Shown here piece by piece: positions 10,338 through 20,609 of a stretch of DNA of 64,000 nucleotides (position 1 is its first letter; each line of letters opens with the position of its first letter). This DNA comes from Candidatus Bathyarchaeota archaeon (lineage in GTDB: Archaea; Thermoproteota; Bathyarchaeia; TCS64): the NCBI GenBank assembly GCA_963769425.1, contig CAVYLP010000001.1, positions 288,001 through 352,000 of the forward strand, written 5' to 3'. A program made the position numbers and the translations under genes. A model generated the notes under the pieces. It saw only the letters and a list, made by a program, of their open reading frames with translations, was not told where the DNA came from and ran no database searches.

Positions 10338-12020
10338 ATGCCTATGGCTCTACCGACGAAGATCGAGATCGCCCAGAGCGCCAAGCTCAAGCCGATAACC
10401 GAGATCGCAGCGGGTCTCGGGCTCAGCCCCGATGACATCGAGATGTATGGGAAGTACAAGGCGAAGATACGCCCCGAGGTCTACACAAGGAATAAGGACA
10501 AGCCCGACGGGAAACTGATAATAGTCACCGCAATCACCCCGACGAAGTTCGGGGAGGGTAAGACGACTATGAGCATCGGCCTCGCCGAGGCGTTGGGGAA
10601 GCTGGGGAAGAGGAACATCGTCGTCCTCCGCCAGCCGAGCCTCGGCCCCGTCTTCGGCGTCAAGGGCGGCGCCTGCGGGGCCGGCTACGCCCAAGTCCTC
10701 CCCATGGAGGACATAAACGTCCACTTCACCGGCGATCTACACGCCATCACCTGCGCCCACGACCTCCTCACCAGCATCATGGAGAACCACATAAACCGCG
10801 GCAACGAGCTGGGCATAAGCCTCCACGACATCATGTGGAAGCGCGTAATCGACATAGAGAGCAGGACCCTCCGCAAGATGGTCATAGGCCTCGGCGGCAA
10901 GAACAATGGCATCCCCTACGAGAGCGGCTTCGAGATCACCACCGCATCCGAGATCGCCGCAATACACGCCATAAGCAGCGACTTCATGGATCTCAAGAAG
11001 CGCATGGCAGCGATCACCGTCGCATACGATAAGGATGGGAAACCGGTTACGGCAGGTCAGCTTCAGGTCGTCGGCGCCATGGCTATCCTGATGAAGGACG
11101 CGGTTAAGCCCAACCTCATCCAGACGATCGAGGGGACACCCGGCATCATCCACGGCGGCCCATTCGCGAACATCGCGCACGGCTGCCCGAGCCTCATCGC
11201 CATAAAGACCGCGCAGAAGCTCACCGACTACGTCGTCCTCGAGCCCGGCTTCGGCGCCGACCTCGGCATGGAGAAGTTCTGCAACATCGCAAGCCGCGCA
11301 GGCGGGCTGAAGCCCAGCGTCGCCGTCATCGTCGCCACGATTAAGGCGCTGAAGAGGCACGGAGGCACCAAGTACAGGGACATCGACAAGCCCAGTGCCG
11401 ACGCCGTCAGGAAGGGGTTGCCAATCCTCGCCAAGGAGGTGGAGAACGCCAAGAAGTTCGGCCTCCACCCCGTCGTCTGCATGAACCACTTCCTCAACGA
11501 CGCCCAGGAGGAGATCGATATAGTCATGAACTGGGCCAAGGAGAACGGGGTCCCCGCGGCCTTCACGGACACCGTCCTCAAGGGCGGCGCGGGTGGCACC
11601 GAGCTAGCGAACCTCGTCCTCAAGGAGCTGGAGAAGCCGAACAACTTCCACTTCCTCTACCCACTCGAGATGCCCGTCGAGGAGAAGATCAGGACCATCG
11701 CCAAGGAGATCTACGGCGTGGCCGACATACGCCTCACGGACGACGCGAGGAAGGCGCTGAAGCAGATCGAGAAATTCGGCTTCGACAAGCTCCCAATCTG
11801 CATGGCGAAGACGCCGCTCAGCCTCACGGACAACGAGGATCTGCAGGGTCTGCCACCCACCGGCTACATACTGCCCATAGTCAACCTCAAGCCGAGCACA
11901 GGCGCTGGCTTCATCGTCGCCTACTGCGGCGACATAAGCACGATGCCCGGGGAGCCGACACACCCAGCCAGTGAAGAGATGGACATCGACGAGAACGGCA
12001 TCATAAAGGGGTTGGCGTAG
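10338..12020 (+). CDS. fhs: Formate--tetrahydrofolate ligase
   Basis: TAITPTKFGEGKTT, GVKGGACGAGYAQV, HFTGD, HGGPFANIAHG, GFGADLGMEKF, ICMAKT. Confidence 0.96.
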   Translation: MPMALPTKIEIAQSAKLKPITEIAAGLGLSPDDIEMYGKYKAKIRPEVYTRNKDKPDGKLIIVTAITPTKFGEGKTTMSIGLAEALGKLGKRNIVVLRQPSLGPVFGVKGGACGAGYAQVLPMEDINVHFTGDLHAITCAHDLLTSIMENHINRGNELGISLHDIMWKRVIDIESRTLRKMVIGLGGKNNGIPYESGFEITTASEIAAIHAISSDFMDLKKRMAAITVAYDKDGKPVTAGQLQVVGAMAILMKDAVKPNLIQTIEGTPGIIHGGPFANIAHGCPSLIAIKTAQKLTDYVVLEPGFGADLGMEKFCNIASRAGGLKPSVAVIVATIKALKRHGGTKYRDIDKPSADAVRKGLPILAKEVENAKKFGLHPVVCMNHFLNDAQEEIDIVMNWAKENGVPAAFTDTVLKGGAGGTELANLVLKELEKPNNFHFLYPLEMPVEEKIRTIAKEIYGVADIRLTDDARKALKQIEKFGFDKLPICMAKTPLSLTDNEDLQGLPPTGYILPIVNLKPSTGAGFIVAYCGDISTMPGEPTHPASEEMDIDENGIIKGLA

Positions 12021-12021
12021 A

Positions 12022-12858
12022 ATGGCGATAATCCTCGACGGCAAGGAGACATCAGCCAAGATCGTTGAGGAGATCAAGGCGGAGATCGCCGCCCTGAAGG
12101 CTAAAGGTGTCAACCCGACGCTTGCACTCATACTGATCGGGGGAGACCCCGGCTCGGTCCGATATGTCAACATCAAGGTCAAGCGCGCCGAGGAGGCCGG
12201 CATAGCCACACAGTTCCACCACCTGGAGACCGCCACGACGGAGCAAGTCGTCACGCTCATCAAGAAGCTGAACACGGACCCCAAGGTCCACGGTATAATG
12301 GTCCAGCTCCCCGCGCCCAAGGAGGTGAACGAGGGCACCATAGTCGAGGCGATCGCCCCGGAGAAGGATGTCGACGCCCTCAGCCCCGTCACCTTCGGCA
12401 AGATAGTCCTCGGAGAGAAGAGCTTCCTCCCCGCCGGCGTCGAGGCCATCATGGAGCTACTCAAACGCTACAATGTCGACCCCGAGGGCAAGCACTGGGT
12501 AGTCGCCGGCTTACCGAGCTGGCTTGGTAAACCCATGGCAGCGATGCTCCTCAACAAGAGGGTAGAGGTCACCGCCTTCGCCGCAGGGGACCCACGGCTA
12601 CCCGAGTTCGTGAAACAGGCGGACGTCCTCTGCATCGAGATACACAGGAAGTGGACCGTCACCGCAGACATGGTGAAGAAGGGAGTCGTCGTCATCGACA
12701 ACGGCAACAGCTACGAGGGCAAGAAGGTCTTCGGGGACGTCGACTACGAGCGCGTCGCGCCACTAGCATCAGCGATCACCCCCGTCCCCGGTGGCGTCGG
12801 GCCCCTCCTCATCACGATGCTCCTGCGGAACACGGTAATGGCGGCTTCAACTGCCTAG
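12022..12858 (+). CDS. folD: FolD family methylene-THF dehydrogenase/cyclohydrolase (NADP motif degenerate)
   Basis: ILDGK, YVNIK, GIMVQLP, EKDVD, GDVD, ITPVPGGVGP. Confidence 0.9.
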   Translation: MAIILDGKETSAKIVEEIKAEIAALKAKGVNPTLALILIGGDPGSVRYVNIKVKRAEEAGIATQFHHLETATTEQVVTLIKKLNTDPKVHGIMVQLPAPKEVNEGTIVEAIAPEKDVDALSPVTFGKIVLGEKSFLPAGVEAIMELLKRYNVDPEGKHWVVAGLPSWLGKPMAAMLLNKRVEVTAFAAGDPRLPEFVKQADVLCIEIHRKWTVTADMVKKGVVVIDNGNSYEGKKVFGDVDYERVAPLASAITPVPGGVGPLLITMLLRNTVMAASTA

Positions 12859-12946
12859 TTTCGCCACTTTCGCACTCCACCAACACCGCGGGCCATCAAG
12901 GATTTTAAAGAGGGGCACTACCCCTCATTCTACAAGGTGTAGCCTT

Positions 12947-13333
12947 TTGGCGAGGATGGACTCACGAAACGCCCGACGCATGATGCAGCGCATGGGCATG
13001 CAGATGAACGAACTCAGCGGCGTCACCAGGGTCATAATACAGAGCCCCGGCAAGGAGATTGTCATCGAGCAGCCAACGGTCACAAGCATCAACGTGCAGG
13101 GGCAGAAGATGTACCAGGTCCTCGGCGGAAAGACGGTTGAGAGGGCGCCTCAGGCAGCCATCGCTCAGGGCGCAGCGTCGGCGATTACCGAGAAGCCCGC
13201 CGTGCAGGTACCCGAGGAGGACGTACTCCTCGTCGCCCAGCAGGCCAAGGTCTCGATGGATAAGGCGCGTGAGACCCTCGTCAAGTGCGACGGTGACCTT
13301 GCCAGGGCCATCCTGATGCTCCAGACGGGTTAG
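12947..13333 (+). CDS. nac: Nascent polypeptide-associated complex protein
   Basis: RRMMQRMGM, V..QGQKMYQV, EEDVLLVAQQA, GDLARAIL. Confidence 0.92.
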   Translation: MARMDSRNARRMMQRMGMQMNELSGVTRVIIQSPGKEIVIEQPTVTSINVQGQKMYQVLGGKTVERAPQAAIAQGAASAITEKPAVQVPEEDVLLVAQQAKVSMDKARETLVKCDGDLARAILMLQTG

Positions 13334-13343
13334 AGGTTTTGCA

Positions 13344-14552
13344 GTGGCTCTCCGGGTAAGGCAGCAGCGCGGCGTCGTCGTCGAGTACAAGGGTTCAGGG
13401 GTCGTCTTGGACCCCACTGGTAACGGGCATGGCTACCCAGTATTCGTCAGTCACGCTCACGCCGACCACGCGGCCGCCTTCAAGTACCCCGACCGCCAGA
13501 AGTATGCAACTGAGGAGACCCACCAGCTCCTCCACAGCCTCGGCTGGAAACACCTCGATAACTGGCAGCAGATTAAGCTAGGCGATAAGATCAAGGTCGA
13601 CGATATAGAGGTCCACGTACACAACGCGGGCCACGTCCTCGGAAGCGTCCAGTTCGAGGTCAACACCCCCGAGGGTACAGTTCTATACACTGGGGATATA
13701 GGCCTCGAGGAATCGTACACGATGCACCCCGCTGAGCCGGTGGATTGCGACATACTCGTCGTCGAGACGACCTTCGGGGCGCCCATGTTCAACTTCCCGA
13801 AGCGGAGGGACGTCGCCCTCGACGTCGTCCGATGGGCCACCATGGAGGCCATCCCAGCCGGGCGAATCCCCACCTTCAAGACCGACTCCATAGGTAACGC
13901 TCAGGAGGTCATTCGGATCTTCAACACCCTCACTAAGCTCCCCGTCGTCACGGCGAAGAGCGCCACAAAGGTTAGCGATGTTTACAAGGGCTTCGGCCAC
14001 AGCCTCGAATACTACGACTTCAAGTCCCCGGAGGGGGAGGAACTTCTGGAGGGTGGGAAGTGCGCCATCATCTCACCAAAGGGATCGAAGCTGCCCTACG
14101 ATAACCTCGAAAGTGCCCTTGCCTCGGGGTGGGCTGTACTATTCGGGGGGCGTCAGCGAGCCTTCGCCTTAAGCGATCACGCCGACTTCAAGGGTCTACT
14201 CGGCTTCATACGCAAATGTAAGCCTAAGAGGGTGCTCACATTTCACGGGGGTAACATGACGAGGGAGTTCCCCGAGTACGTCCGGAAGAAACTCGGGGTC
14301 GATGCTCGCCCACTTTCGACGAAGGAAGAGACGCTTAACGGTACCGTCCAGAGGGGGGAGACCCGGATCAAGGCGTGTACTAACCAAGTTCTTCGCACGA
14401 TAAGGATACCCGGCTTCGAGTACGGTACCCCCTGGCTTGAGAGGGAGCTTTCGAAACAGGGCTACAGCACGGGAGAGACTGAGGAGACCCTCGACTACCT
14501 CGTGTCTAAGGGGATACTGGAGAAGACTGAGAAGGGCGTTAAGATGAGTTAG
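13344..14552 (+). CDS. MBL-fold (beta-CASP-like) nuclease with C-terminal wHTH
   Basis: FVSHAHADH, NAGHVLGS, YTGD, ETTFG, LSDHADF. Confidence 0.85.
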   Translation: MALRVRQQRGVVVEYKGSGVVLDPTGNGHGYPVFVSHAHADHAAAFKYPDRQKYATEETHQLLHSLGWKHLDNWQQIKLGDKIKVDDIEVHVHNAGHVLGSVQFEVNTPEGTVLYTGDIGLEESYTMHPAEPVDCDILVVETTFGAPMFNFPKRRDVALDVVRWATMEAIPAGRIPTFKTDSIGNAQEVIRIFNTLTKLPVVTAKSATKVSDVYKGFGHSLEYYDFKSPEGEELLEGGKCAIISPKGSKLPYDNLESALASGWAVLFGGRQRAFALSDHADFKGLLGFIRKCKPKRVLTFHGGNMTREFPEYVRKKLGVDARPLSTKEETLNGTVQRGETRIKACTNQVLRTIRIPGFEYGTPWLERELSKQGYSTGETEETLDYLVSKGILEKTEKGVKMS

Positions 14553-14559
14553 GCGGAGC

Positions 14560-14859
14560 CTACATCTTCACGATTTGGGCGTGTGGGACGTCACCGAAGT
14601 AGATGACGGCCCTTCCGTTGACGAGTCTCTTTTCGATCGCGGCCTCGACTATGCGCTTTCCGACTAGGTTGCAGATGGAGGCGCGGCGCATGGCCTCTAA
14701 TGCCTCCTCTACGCTTCCGGGTATGCCCTTGTAGAACTCTTCGCTGACCTTGAATGGGACGCGGCCCCCCTGGAGGGTTTGGCCCAGTAGCTCGGCGTCA
14801 CAGACTGCGACGAGGGTGTCCCTTCCGTGCTTTATAGTCCGGAGGTAGACCTCGCTCAT
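14560..14859 (-). CDS. DUF424 family protein
   Basis: LVAVCDAELLG, VSEEFYKG, NLVGKRIV, VPHAQ. Confidence 0.88.
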   Translation of the reverse strand: MSEVYLRTIKHGRDTLVAVCDAELLGQTLQGGRVPFKVSEEFYKGIPGSVEEALEAMRRASICNLVGKRIVEAAIEKRLVNGRAVIYFGDVPHAQIVKM

Positions 14860-14864
14860 TTCGC

Positions 14865-15275
14865 TCAACCCGTACCTATGCTGCTGCGTGCGCCGCAGGC
14901 CTCGCATTGGAGGAACCAGAGGCGCTTCTCCTTGATGAGCTGAGTATCTGGGCGACCGCAGACTGGGCAGATGACGTACTTCTTCGCATATGCGTCTATG
15001 AGTCCGCGTATGGACTCGGCGTTGTGCTTGCCCTGGAAGAGAGCACGGTTACCGTCGAAGTTGGCGAGAGTCGCCATCTCCCCGGTGAGGTACTTGAGGA
15101 GGTGGTCGGGCTCTCTGCGGAGCTGCTCGGCGATCTCCCTGAAGTTGATTATGACGGTTTTCCTCCCCTGGAGGGCTATATTCGCCCTCGGGACGGCGAA
15201 CCTGTCCACGAAGCTTGTCTGCTCGGGGAGTTCTTTGTAGGCTCTGTCCAACATCGCCTTGTAATCCTTCTCCAA
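14865..15275 (-). CDS. eif2b: Translation initiation factor 2 beta subunit
   Basis: YKAMLDRAY, TVIINFREI, EMAT, YVICPVCGRPDT, CEACGA. Confidence 0.95.
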   Translation of the reverse strand: MEKDYKAMLDRAYKELPEQTSFVDRFAVPRANIALQGRKTVIINFREIAEQLRREPDHLLKYLTGEMATLANFDGNRALFQGKHNAESIRGLIDAYAKKYVICPVCGRPDTQLIKEKRLWFLQCEACGARSSIGTG

Positions 15276-15361
15276 ACCTGCTCACATCCTCGTTGGCGCC
15301 CAAGTAACGCTTCGGGCGTCCAAGAATGAGGTGTGTCGGGTCTTAAAAAAGGTTCTCGGAT

Positions 15362-16153
15362 TTAGCGCCGGTGGATCGCGCCGAAGTAGATTATGACGAC
15401 TCCAACTAGGGCGACGAGGAATCCGCCGATTAGTAGGCCCCAGCCTATCGGGCTAAGGATGGTGACGCGAGCCCCAACCTGTACGTTAGCGTCAACTCCC
15501 TGTGAGCCGTCAGCGTTCATTATCACGACCCAGTACTCGCCCGAAGAGGGCGTCCACGTCACGGTCTGTGTACCGCTTCCGGAGGCCTGAGCGACCCATA
15601 TGACTTGACTAGTTGGCGGGGTAGGTGGTTTTCCGCCGGGTATGGTCTGGTAGGTGGGCACCCCGTTACTCATCATCCTACCTGGAGCCCAGTTGTACGA
15701 GATTATCCTGTCAATGTTTACCCCGTCGAAGTAGGTCACTGCGGATTGCTGAGGTACTATGCCTACAAAGATTGGTTTAGCGTTGTTAGAGGTGGCTGTT
15801 ATCTTTAGGGAGACTATGTTTTGGTTTTGAGGCATAAATCCGCCTGTATCCACGTTGACGTTGTTTTGGACGATAGCGAAGCTGCTGACGGTTAGTGGAA
15901 CTGGGCTCGTTACCATGTACCCGGAGCTGTCAGTTATGGCGGTCTGGCTCCAGATGAGCACGCCTCCCCCGGCGATTAGGCCGAGAGCGATGAGCAGGAT
16001 GAAGCCCCCGAATATGAGAGCAACTACACTACCGGCGTTCCAGCCGGAGGCCCTCCGGTAAACGACACCTGTAGTCTGAAGAGGAGCCCCACACTTTTGG
16101 CAGAACCTAGATCCTTCCTCGTTCTCGGCGCCACATTCCTTACAATACGGCAT
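15362..16153 (-). CDS. Zinc-ribbon-containing membrane protein
   Basis: YCKECG..RFCQKCG, TM helix, YWVVIMNADGS, C-terminal TM. Confidence 0.8.
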   Translation of the reverse strand: MPYCKECGAENEEGSRFCQKCGAPLQTTGVVYRRASGWNAGSVVALIFGGFILLIALGLIAGGGVLIWSQTAITDSSGYMVTSPVPLTVSSFAIVQNNVNVDTGGFMPQNQNIVSLKITATSNNAKPIFVGIVPQQSAVTYFDGVNIDRIISYNWAPGRMMSNGVPTYQTIPGGKPPTPPTSQVIWVAQASGSGTQTVTWTPSSGEYWVVIMNADGSQGVDANVQVGARVTILSPIGWGLLIGGFLVALVGVVIIYFGAIHRR

Positions 16154-16398
16154 ATTGAATCCCCTACTCGTCTTTAGAATGAGCTGTTTATTAAATAAAT
16201 ATGGTTATGATTCAGTAGTTTTGTCAATTAGGATCATTGAGACGAGACCAGAGCTCTGTAGCGTCATCTCTCAAGATCCCAAGGGATATCTGGCTCAGTA
16301 CAACGTTTGTGGACATGGTCCAAATATGCAGGCAATACGTGGATTGACTCAGTCTTATTCAAATACGGGCGATCGAACCAATCGATCGGTGCTGCCAG

Positions 16399-17322
16399 TT
16401 GATCAGGTTCGGGGTTAAGACGTCCCAAGCTAGGGACTATGGCGACTACGCTGCGTTGAGGAGGGTCTGGCTGGAGGCGGAGAGGCTCGGCTTCCACTCA
16501 GGGTGGCTCTTCGACCACTTGTTCGAGCTACCAGGTGCGGGGCCCAGCCTAGAGCCCTGCTTGGAATGTTGGACCTCTCTATCGGCACTAGCCGCGGAGA
16601 CTAAGAAGCTGAGACTTGGAGTGACGGTACTGTGTGCAACCTACCGGAACCCAGCTCTTCTAGCAAAGATGGCCTCGACCCTTGATGTGATTAGCAACGG
16701 CAGACTCGAATTCGGAATCGGTGCTGGGTGGGCGGGGGTTGAGCATGAGGCTTACGGCTTCCCCTTCGACAAGCCCGCCATTAGGATCGGGAGACTCAGG
16801 GAGTCTGTAAAGATAATCAGGAGTATGTGGACAGAGGAGAAGACGAGCTTCCACGGCAAGTACTACGACATCGAGGGCGCTGTAAACAACCCGAAGCCGA
16901 TCCAGAAGCCTCACCCGCCGATCTGGATTGGAGGCGGAGGGGAGGGATTAACCCTGAAGGCCATCGCGGAGCTCGCGGATGGGTGTAACTTCATTGGTCT
17001 CTCCACATCGGAGTATAGCCACAAGTTGGATGTCCTGGGGGAACACTGCGCTAAGATTGGTAGAAACGTTAACGACATCCAGAAGTCGTGGCAGGGTAGA
17101 ATCCTAATCGCGAAGGATGAGGACGAGTTAAAGAAGATGAAGGTCAAAATGGGGGAGGTCGACGAGGAACACAATGTAGTCGGCACCCCGGATCGCTGCG
17201 TCGAGAAGCTACGAGAGTACACGGACCTCGGCGTCTCCTGCTTCATGCTCGTCTTCCCCGGGGCGACACGGGACCCCAGACCGCTCCAACTATTCAGTGA
17301 GAGTGTAATGCCCGAGTTCTAG
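16399..17322 (+). CDS. LLM-class F420-dependent oxidoreductase
   Basis: AERLGFHSGWLFDH, YRNPALLAK, SNGRLEFGIGAGW, PKPIQKPHPPIWIGG. Confidence 0.9.
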   Translation: MIRFGVKTSQARDYGDYAALRRVWLEAERLGFHSGWLFDHLFELPGAGPSLEPCLECWTSLSALAAETKKLRLGVTVLCATYRNPALLAKMASTLDVISNGRLEFGIGAGWAGVEHEAYGFPFDKPAIRIGRLRESVKIIRSMWTEEKTSFHGKYYDIEGAVNNPKPIQKPHPPIWIGGGGEGLTLKAIAELADGCNFIGLSTSEYSHKLDVLGEHCAKIGRNVNDIQKSWQGRILIAKDEDELKKMKVKMGEVDEEHNVVGTPDRCVEKLREYTDLGVSCFMLVFPGATRDPRPLQLFSESVMPEF

Positions 17323-17368
17323 GGCACACCCGAACCGTTTTATCCACCCACCCCCGAATCTCATACCC

Positions 17369-17980
17369 GTGTCCGAAAAGTTCGAATGCGAGGTAATGGA
17401 CTGGGACCTCTTCTACGAGCTCTCGAAGAAGACCGCCGACAAGATCATCACGTCGAGGTTCAAGCCCGACTTCATGGTGGGCCTCGCCCGTGGGGGCTGG
17501 GTCCTGAGTCGCGTCCTCTGCGACTTCCTCGGCGTGAAGGACCTCGTGAGCCTGAAGGTGGAGCACTGGGGCGTAACGGCGACGCCCGACGGCACAGCGC
17601 AGATAAAGTACCCGTTCCGCATCGAGCTCAGGGGCAGGAAGGTGCTGATAGTTGACGACATCACGGACACTGGTGAGAGCATGATTGTCGCCAAGGAGTA
17701 CGTTGAGACGATGAACCCACAGGTCGTGAAGACGGCGACGCTGCGCACCATCAAGGGCAGCAAGTTCACGCCCGACTACTTCGGCGACGAGATAAGCTGG
17801 AGGTGGGTCGTCTTCCCCTGGAACTACAATGAGGATATGTGTAACATAGTCCCAAAGACAGCAGCTGATGGCGCGCCGCCTGAGGAGGTGGCGAGACGCC
17901 TCAAGGCGAATAATAACTTGGACCTCAGCGTATCTGAGGTCGAGAGGATACTCAAGGAAGCAAAGAGGAGAAAGGTCTAA
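17369..17980 (+). CDS. Purine phosphoribosyltransferase (HGXPRT-like)
   Basis: GLARGG, VLIVDDITDTGES, WVVFPW. Confidence 0.88.
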   Translation: MSEKFECEVMDWDLFYELSKKTADKIITSRFKPDFMVGLARGGWVLSRVLCDFLGVKDLVSLKVEHWGVTATPDGTAQIKYPFRIELRGRKVLIVDDITDTGESMIVAKEYVETMNPQVVKTATLRTIKGSKFTPDYFGDEISWRWVVFPWNYNEDMCNIVPKTAADGAPPEEVARRLKANNNLDLSVSEVERILKEAKRRKV

Positions 17981-18270
17981 GCGTCTTCGTCCTCGTCGTC
18001 TTCCTCATCTACGTCGACTTCTACCGCCTCCGCTCCACCCTCCGCGGCTTTCTTGGCTGCGGCGGCCTTCTCCTCGTCGGTGGTGAGGCGGTACTTGCGG
18101 ATCCCATCCAACCCACGGGCAGAAACTATCTCGCCGCCCTCGAAGAGGCTGCGGAGTAGGCGGAAGACGCGCTTCTCCTTAAGCTCCATTGAGGCCGCGA
18201 TCTCGGCTAGGCTGAGCGGCTTATCTTGGAGGTGCTTGACTACGTCTTTCTTGAGCTTGGCTGTCGACAT
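17977..18270 (-). CDS. Winged-HTH protein with acidic tail
   Basis: PLSLAEIAASMELKEKRVFRLLRSL; DEEDDEDED tail; start ATG 18270. Confidence 0.7.
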   Translation of the reverse strand: MSTAKLKKDVVKHLQDKPLSLAEIAASMELKEKRVFRLLRSLFEGGEIVSARGLDGIRKYRLTTDEEKAAAAKKAAEGGAEAVEVDVDEEDDEDEDA

Positions 18271-18377
18271 CCCTGTAGTAATATGGGGGGTCTGCGTTAA
18301 GAATTTGACGCTGAAACTCCCAACATTCACAAAACATCCAAACAAGTAAGCACTGTATGGCGTAAAATGGAAGGGAC

Positions 18378-19364
18378 TTATTGGTTGAAGGATGAGGTCC
18401 AGGGAAGGATTATCTTCCCTGTCTCATCCATCTCATCCCAATACTTCCACTGGTTGTCGACAGAGAGTTGCAGATACTCTAGGGCAGCCTCGTTCTCCCA
18501 GAGATGCGCGAACCTCCCCTGCTTCGTAACGTATTCTCGTATCTTCTTCCGGGGATTCGGCTTCGTAGTGAGGTGGAAGTGGCCGTTTTCGTACTCCCAT
18601 AAGACCCACATTCCGGTGTTTACTGCGGTTCGCCCTATCTCCACAGTCTCCTCCGGTGGGAACGCCCAGCCCTTGGGGCAGGGTGTAAGAAGCTGTACCA
18701 GTGAAGGTCTACCGCTATTAAGGGCTTTACGGACCTTGTTAACAAGGTCCACAGGGTAGGAGATGCAGGCGGTGGCGACGTAACCTATGGAGGGGTGAAC
18801 AGCAGCGATTAATGCCATGTCCTTCTTCAGCCTCTCGTTGCCTATGGGCTTCACCTTCCCTGACGGGGTGAACGTCGTTGAGGAGCCGAAGGGCGTTGTG
18901 CTAGAAGCCTGGACGCCTGTATTTGCGTAAGACTCGTTGTCGTATAGGAGGTAGAGCAGGCGGGAGTAGTCGTAGGTCAGACCCATTGACAAACCGCTCA
19001 GCCCTATATCTGAGAATCCCCCATCTCCACCGTAGACAATGACGTTTACGTCCTCCTTCTTCCGCTTACCCTTGAACATCAGCGACCGGAGCGCCGCGGC
19101 GGTGCCTATTCCAGCCGGTCCTCCTGCCCCGAGTTGGGTGTGGTACCATGGGACCGCGTATGGTGAGGATAGGAACTGGTGGCCGTTGGCGACGTACATG
19201 CAGCCGGTTGGACCGAGCACTACGGTCTTCGGGCCGGCGGCTTTGAGCACGAGCCGGTATCCGAGGGCGGGGCCACAGCCTGCACATGTCCGGTGCCCGG
19301 AGACGTAGTAGTCCTCCGGTGGTATTTCGGTTGGTTTTTGGATCAGTTTAGTTTCGCGGCTCAT
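18378..19364 (-). CDS. 2-oxoacid (oxalate-type) oxidoreductase beta subunit, TPP-binding
   Basis: GHRTCAGCGP, GPTGCMYVAN, GDGG...YDNESYANTG, PCPKGW. Confidence 0.9.
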   Translation of the reverse strand: MSRETKLIQKPTEIPPEDYYVSGHRTCAGCGPALGYRLVLKAAGPKTVVLGPTGCMYVANGHQFLSSPYAVPWYHTQLGAGGPAGIGTAAALRSLMFKGKRKKEDVNVIVYGGDGGFSDIGLSGLSMGLTYDYSRLLYLLYDNESYANTGVQASSTTPFGSSTTFTPSGKVKPIGNERLKKDMALIAAVHPSIGYVATACISYPVDLVNKVRKALNSGRPSLVQLLTPCPKGWAFPPEETVEIGRTAVNTGMWVLWEYENGHFHLTTKPNPRKKIREYVTKQGRFAHLWENEAALEYLQLSVDNQWKYWDEMDETGKIILPWTSSFNQ

Positions 19365-20602
19365 TGATCTTCACCTCTCACGGTAACCCACCTGACGGGT
19401 TTGTCCACCTTACCCTTCTTCACTGATTCGATGAGCTGCTTCGTGGAGTTCTCGAGCTCCGTTAGCGTCATCTCTCTTCCACCAGCGAAAATGTAGTCCA
19501 TTATTATCGGCCTGTTTTTGGAGTCGTAAAGCGCCGCCTTGACCTCGTTGTATAATACGCTACCGTTCCAGGGAGAGCCGAGGCTGAATGAGAAGTCGAT
19601 CACGCCTACTCCCCTCACGTCCTCGAGGATGTTTTTCAGCTCCTCTGTTGGGAAGGGTCGGAGATATTTTAGCCTCAGGGAACCAACTTTGATTCCCTTC
19701 TCGCGTAGTTTCTCGACTATGTAGTCTGCGTTACGTGAGTATGCACCCATCGACAGTAGGACGTAGTCAGCGTCTTCCATCTTCATTGACTCGAACCATG
19801 GATCGACCTCCTTGCCGGTTATGTCGCCCCAGCTCTTCCAAGCCTCGGGGATGACGACGTTCTTAGCTCTCTTAATTGCGGCGTCGAGAGACTTCCTCTG
19901 CTCTGGCCCTATTAGTGAGGGGGCTATGTGCATGGCCTTGCTGACGGTGTCGTAGCTGGGGTCTAGTGGGTGTGGTTGCTTGTATGGGGGTAAGAAGCGG
20001 TCCACGAGATCCTTCTTTGGGGGAAGGACGGGTGACGCGACGTGTGTGATGGTGGCGCCGTCTAGGGCAACGAAGTGTGGGAGTAGTACCCGCTCATCTT
20101 CCGCGATCTTGTAGGCGACGAGGGTCATCTCCAGTGCTTCCTGCGGGTCTTTAGACCAATTCATTAGCCAGCCAACGTCCCTGAACAGGAAGGCATCATT
20201 CCACTCCATGCCAAAGTTTCCGGGATCGTCGAGTGATCTGCACCCAACGACGCCGACGACGGGTAGCTGGCCGAGGGCGGTCGTTATGACGGCTTCAGTT
20301 CCGTATATTAGCCCGGTTCCGGAGCTTCCGACGAATGTCCTCGCACCAACGGCGGAGGCGTGCTTTACAACCTCGAATTGACTGTGCTCTGAGTCGCATA
20401 TGAGGTACTCGGCGTAGAAGTCTCCACCCGCTATCATTGTTGCTAGTGAGTTCATTATGCCCGTGTAGGGTCGAATCGGGTAGGCGGCGATGACGTCCAC
20501 GTCGGCTAGTTTCACGGCCTCGGCTACGGCTCTCGCCCCTGTCCATACCCGCCTCTTCTGAACGCTCTTTTGCACTGATACTTGCGAAGTTTTACTCATC
20601 AT
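19361..20602 (-). CDS. 2-oxoacid (oxalate-type) oxidoreductase alpha subunit
   Basis: AYPIRPYTGIM, DSEHS, RSLDDPGNFG, RPFPTE; start ATG 20602. Confidence 0.9.
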   Translation of the reverse strand: MMSKTSQVSVQKSVQKRRVWTGARAVAEAVKLADVDVIAAYPIRPYTGIMNSLATMIAGGDFYAEYLICDSEHSQFEVVKHASAVGARTFVGSSGTGLIYGTEAVITTALGQLPVVGVVGCRSLDDPGNFGMEWNDAFLFRDVGWLMNWSKDPQEALEMTLVAYKIAEDERVLLPHFVALDGATITHVASPVLPPKKDLVDRFLPPYKQPHPLDPSYDTVSKAMHIAPSLIGPEQRKSLDAAIKRAKNVVIPEAWKSWGDITGKEVDPWFESMKMEDADYVLLSMGAYSRNADYIVEKLREKGIKVGSLRLKYLRPFPTEELKNILEDVRGVGVIDFSFSLGSPWNGSVLYNEVKAALYDSKNRPIIMDYIFAGGREMTLTELENSTKQLIESVKKGKVDKPVRWVTVRGEDQ

Positions 20603-20609
20603 CAGCACC

